Shown one piece after another: positions 6,472 through 9,357 of a stretch of 9,357 nt of DNA. The notes below the pieces were generated by a model, which saw nothing but the letters and a program-made list of their open reading frames with translations, was not told where the DNA came from and did not search any database. The position numbers and the translations under genes were made by a program. Each line of letters begins with the position of its first letter. The stretch's first letter is position 1. The stretch comes from Candidatus Helarchaeota ASGARD archaeon Hel_GB_B (GTDB lineage: Archaea; Asgardarchaeota; Lokiarchaeia; Helarchaeales; HEL-GB-B): the NCBI GenBank assembly GCA_005191425.1, contig SUPR01000119.1:1-9357 (forward strand), in the 5' to 3' direction.

Positions 6472-9231
6472 TTAAAATTTTAGCTTTACTTTTATATCTT
6501 TAGCCTTATAATAAAAACCTAATTTTAATTCTTCAAACAGTGGTGGTAAAAAGCCAAACTGTTTTACCGGATGAAATCCCGGTCCCTCTATTACAAGAGT
6601 TAGAAGATTCTTTTCCTGCAATAAATTTCTTGGTATATAAAATCTATGTTGTGGCCCTATATTTTCATACTTACCAAGTAAAAATCCATTAATATATATT
6701 AAACATCTTTCTTTTAATTTGTTTATCTCCAGATATACAGGTGCTTCCCAATCCTTCTCTTTTTTATAATAGAACCATCTTCTTAACCATATAATATTTC
6801 CTACATCTTCTTCAAATACATATTTTTTTGCACTTGGAAGTATTATCCATTCTTGGTCATTAAATTCCTCCAAATAATAACCTTTACTCACTCCTCCAAG
6901 ACCCTCTTGAAGTTTCCATTCTCTAATCTCACTTCTCATCACATTTTTCCCTGTATCCCACATTATTTTAACAGGATAAAATAGTCCGCTCATCTTCTTT
7001 ATTTGCCCTTCATGAGGATGTGCTTTTGTATGATATGCGTTCTCATAGCAAATTGCAATCACATTCCTGCCATTTACTGTAAGTTCCGTTATATCTAATT
7101 CCGGCGAACCTATTCCTATCCATTTAAATTTGCCATTAATATACAATGAAAATCTGTCCATATTATTTGTGCTTATATGAATTTTCACATTTAAAAAATC
7201 TGTGTCTATATTAAATTCACTTCTGTACCAATAATAACCATGTTTGAAAAATTTTGCTTTCTCCAGAGGAGTAAAGGAATCTATTTTTTTCCAATGGGTA
7301 TCATTGTAATCAACTTCTTTTTCATAAGAATCTAAATAATATTTCCAGGGTGTTAGCCAGTAAATTTGATTATTATCTTTTTGATTAAAAATATATTTTA
7401 CCTCAATCTGGTTACTCTTCTTATCTCTTTTAAAATTTATTTTTTTATTATCAATTTCAATTCTCTTTATTTTAGAATAAGTCCATAATATCAATTTATG
7501 AATGCCTCCTTTTATTTGAAAATTCAGAAGTATTTCATTCTTTCTCTCTTTTACCTGTTTTAAATAATAAAAATCACTTAACATTATAATATTATTATTT
7601 ATCCATAATTTCTTCGCTTCATTTTCTGGTAAAACTATAAAATTAAAATTACTTATTTTAAAAATAATAATTTCTGAGTGCGAATATAAAACCTTTTTAA
7701 ATCCTGTCAGAAAAGATTTAACTTTTACTTTGCCCGCAATAGGTTCAATATTACATTTGCAATTTAAGGTCATTTCACCAGGAATACCCTTTTTTCCTTG
7801 CAAAATTATATAGTTTACATTATCTATTTTCTTTCTTGCTATAATCTCTGATGTTGAATAAATTAACTGAATATCTTTATCAATATAAAAATCAACTGGT
7901 AATAGCAAAGATGAGTGGGAATTCAATTTGAATTTATTTTCAGGAAAAATTATCTTTGTTTTAACAATTGCTGAATTAAAACAGATCTGTATTTTTTTAT
8001 TTTCATCTTCTAAATTTCTTATTAATATTATCCCATACTTTGATGATTTTCTCATCAATATCTTAATATTTTCATAAGTATGTTTAAAAGAATTTAGTAT
8101 TTCAGTTTTATTTTTATAAATTCTTACAACATTTTCACCCCCTTTATAAAAGTCTGCGTTATCCTTTACTGTCTCAGCGTCAAAAATTATCTCAGGGAAA
8201 GAATTAAAAAAATATGCATAATTTCTTATAAGATGGTATTTGTCGTGAATCTCACCCCATTCTCTTATAGGTGCAGCGCCAAAATCAAAAGTAGTGCAAA
8301 TTCCAATTCCATTAAAATCACCTCTTGAAGCCCAATATGGAAAGCTTGTGCCACCTACGAACATATAATAATTCAAAACAGATGCCCCATATGCAATTAC
8401 TGTTTTTGTAATTGCCTCTGTTAATTCTGTCTCCACTTCATATAATGGCTGTCCAAATTGGGCAAACCATCCTGTTTCAAGTTCAAGAATCATTAATGGT
8501 TTATCAGATTGTGCTTTTCTACTCTCTTCTATTTTTCTGTCAAAGTCCTGAAACTCCCACATCCATATTAATGGAATATTTGGATAATATGTATGTGTAT
8601 TTATAATTTCTGTCCCAAGAATACAACTCCCCTCATTCGTAAAGGCAGGAATATCTATTCCTTCCTGTCTTATAAATCTCAATAAAGTTAAAAGATACTC
8701 TTTTGCTACTTTTCTGTTTTTTACCAATTTGGTCTCCTCTATTAAATGGTCATACTCATTCTCTATCTGAATTAAAACTATATTTCCACCATTAGTTATT
8801 AGAAATGGCTTTATAATCTTTGCTACTTTTTTAAACCATTGCTTAACAATATCAAGATATAACTTATCAGGAATACGTAATAATATATCCTTTTCCAGAA
8901 GCCAATGAGGGAATCCACCAAAATCCCATTCGGCACAAATATAAGGACCCGGCTTTATAATCACATACAATCCATAATTCTTACATAAAGTTAAAAATTT
9001 TGGTAAATTTCTATTATTCTGCCAGTTAAGCTTGCCTTTAGTTTCTTCGTGAAAATTCCAAGGTATATATGTTGTAACAAGGTTACAGCCTGACTGTTTA
9101 ATTTTTTGAAGTCTTTCTTCCCACAATTCTTCAGGAACTCTAAAATAGTGAAATTCTCCGCCTATAAGTATTATTCTTTTTCCATTAATTATTAAACTTT
9201 TACCATCATATTTAATATTAGATTTTCTCAT
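6472..9231 (-). CDS. GH35 beta-galactosidase-family enzyme, no signal peptide (cytoplasmic), with accessory beta-sandwich domains and two C-terminal jelly-roll domains
   Basis: GGEFHYFRVP, YIPWNFHE, KPGPYICAEWDFGGFPHWL, acid/base IQIENEY (E159, 8755-8757), nucleophile KPLMILELETGWF (E250, 8482-8484), NYYMFVGGTSF, APIREWG. Accessory motifs LIYSTSEI, GYYWYRSEF and YINGFLLGKY..IGPQHRFYIP. Confidence 0.95.
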   Translation of the reverse strand: MRKSNIKYDGKSLIINGKRIILIGGEFHYFRVPEELWEERLQKIKQSGCNLVTTYIPWNFHEETKGKLNWQNNRNLPKFLTLCKNYGLYVIIKPGPYICAEWDFGGFPHWLLEKDILLRIPDKLYLDIVKQWFKKVAKIIKPFLITNGGNIVLIQIENEYDHLIEETKLVKNRKVAKEYLLTLLRFIRQEGIDIPAFTNEGSCILGTEIINTHTYYPNIPLIWMWEFQDFDRKIEESRKAQSDKPLMILELETGWFAQFGQPLYEVETELTEAITKTVIAYGASVLNYYMFVGGTSFPYWASRGDFNGIGICTTFDFGAAPIREWGEIHDKYHLIRNYAYFFNSFPEIIFDAETVKDNADFYKGGENVVRIYKNKTEILNSFKHTYENIKILMRKSSKYGIILIRNLEDENKKIQICFNSAIVKTKIIFPENKFKLNSHSSLLLPVDFYIDKDIQLIYSTSEIIARKKIDNVNYIILQGKKGIPGEMTLNCKCNIEPIAGKVKVKSFLTGFKKVLYSHSEIIIFKISNFNFIVLPENEAKKLWINNNIIMLSDFYYLKQVKERKNEILLNFQIKGGIHKLILWTYSKIKRIEIDNKKINFKRDKKSNQIEVKYIFNQKDNNQIYWLTPWKYYLDSYEKEVDYNDTHWKKIDSFTPLEKAKFFKHGYYWYRSEFNIDTDFLNVKIHISTNNMDRFSLYINGKFKWIGIGSPELDITELTVNGRNVIAICYENAYHTKAHPHEGQIKKMSGLFYPVKIMWDTGKNVMRSEIREWKLQEGLGGVSKGYYLEEFNDQEWIILPSAKKYVFEEDVGNIIWLRRWFYYKKEKDWEAPVYLEINKLKERCLIYINGFLLGKYENIGPQHRFYIPRNLLQEKNLLTLVIEGPGFHPVKQFGFLPPLFEELKLGFYYKAKDIKVKLKF

Positions 9232-9235
9232 ATTT

Positions 9236-9240
9236 TCCTT
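9236..9240 (-). promoter_or_regulatory. Probable Shine-Dalgarno AAGGA for GH35
   Basis: Minus strand reads AGAAGGA-AAAT-ATG; the spacer is short. Confidence 0.6.
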
Positions 9241-9265
9241 CTTTACAAAATTTCATACATAAAAC

Positions 9266-9274
9266 ATCATACCA
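9266..9274 (-). promoter_or_regulatory. Candidate extended -10 element TGGTATGAT for the operon promoter
   Basis: TGn-TATGAT (5/6 to TATAAT), about 35 nt upstream of the GH35 ATG. No good -35 at 16-18 nt spacing. Confidence 0.35.
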
Positions 9275-9302
9275 AGCCGATGATTTAATATTTGCATAAA
9301 CA

Positions 9303-9332
9303 TTAAATTTGTTTTAAGTAAGACAAATTTAA
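9303..9332. promoter_or_regulatory. Near-perfect 30-bp palindrome, candidate transcription-factor operator
   Basis: TTAAATTTGT-T-TTA-AG-TAA-G-ACAAATTTAA: perfect 10-bp outer arms (9303-9312, 9323-9332) plus 3 inner pairs, upstream of the first operon gene. Confidence 0.5.
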
Positions 9333-9357
9333 CATATATTATTGGCATACCATTATT

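Noticed and set aside
8412-8606. 64-aa plus-strand ORF
   Set aside because: Antisense to the GH35 catalytic domain.
9266-9284. ATCAT…ATGAT inverted repeat
   Set aside because: Only 5-bp arms; expected by chance.
9253-9357. Minus-strand frame open from the right edge (NNGMPIIYVKFVLLKTNLMFMQILNHRLGMMFYV*)
   Set aside because: Only 34 codons, Met-rich and not recognisable; it cannot be called without flanking sequence and is kept only as a caveat to the operator call.
1-9357. CRISPR arrays, tRNA/rRNA, IS elements, long tandem repeats
   Set aside because: The window is almost fully coding, and no regularly spaced repeats, cloverleaf or transposase motifs were seen by eye.

Overview
Very AT-rich window (roughly 25% GC by eye, not computed) with five co-oriented minus-strand genes forming an apparent carbohydrate-utilisation operon. 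In transcription order: (1) a GH35 beta-galactosidase-family enzyme with no signal peptide (6472-9231); (2) a secreted, apparently non-catalytic protein with a glucodextranase-C/DOMON-like domain, an Ig-like segment and a T9SS type-A/FlgD-Ig-like C-terminal domain (4938-6440); (3) a PorV/PorQ-family outer-membrane barrel (4000-4920, start corrected); (4) an exported multi-domain GH2 glycosidase (757-3840); (5) a signal-peptide-bearing probable outer-membrane beta-barrel that runs off the left edge and is missing from the ORF track (<1-721). Strong Shine-Dalgarno sites, barrels and a T9SS-like tag point to a diderm bacterium probably outside Bacteroidota (inference). No susC/susD, TonB-dependent receptor, RNA gene, CRISPR array or mobile element was recognised. 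The main hypothesis is a SusCD-independent glycan-capture system: a T9SS-like surface glycan-binding protein with its own PorV-like shuttle, an unknown barrel, a periplasmic GH2 and a cytoplasmic GH35. Both enzymes carry substitutions in family motifs that usually contact the sugar.
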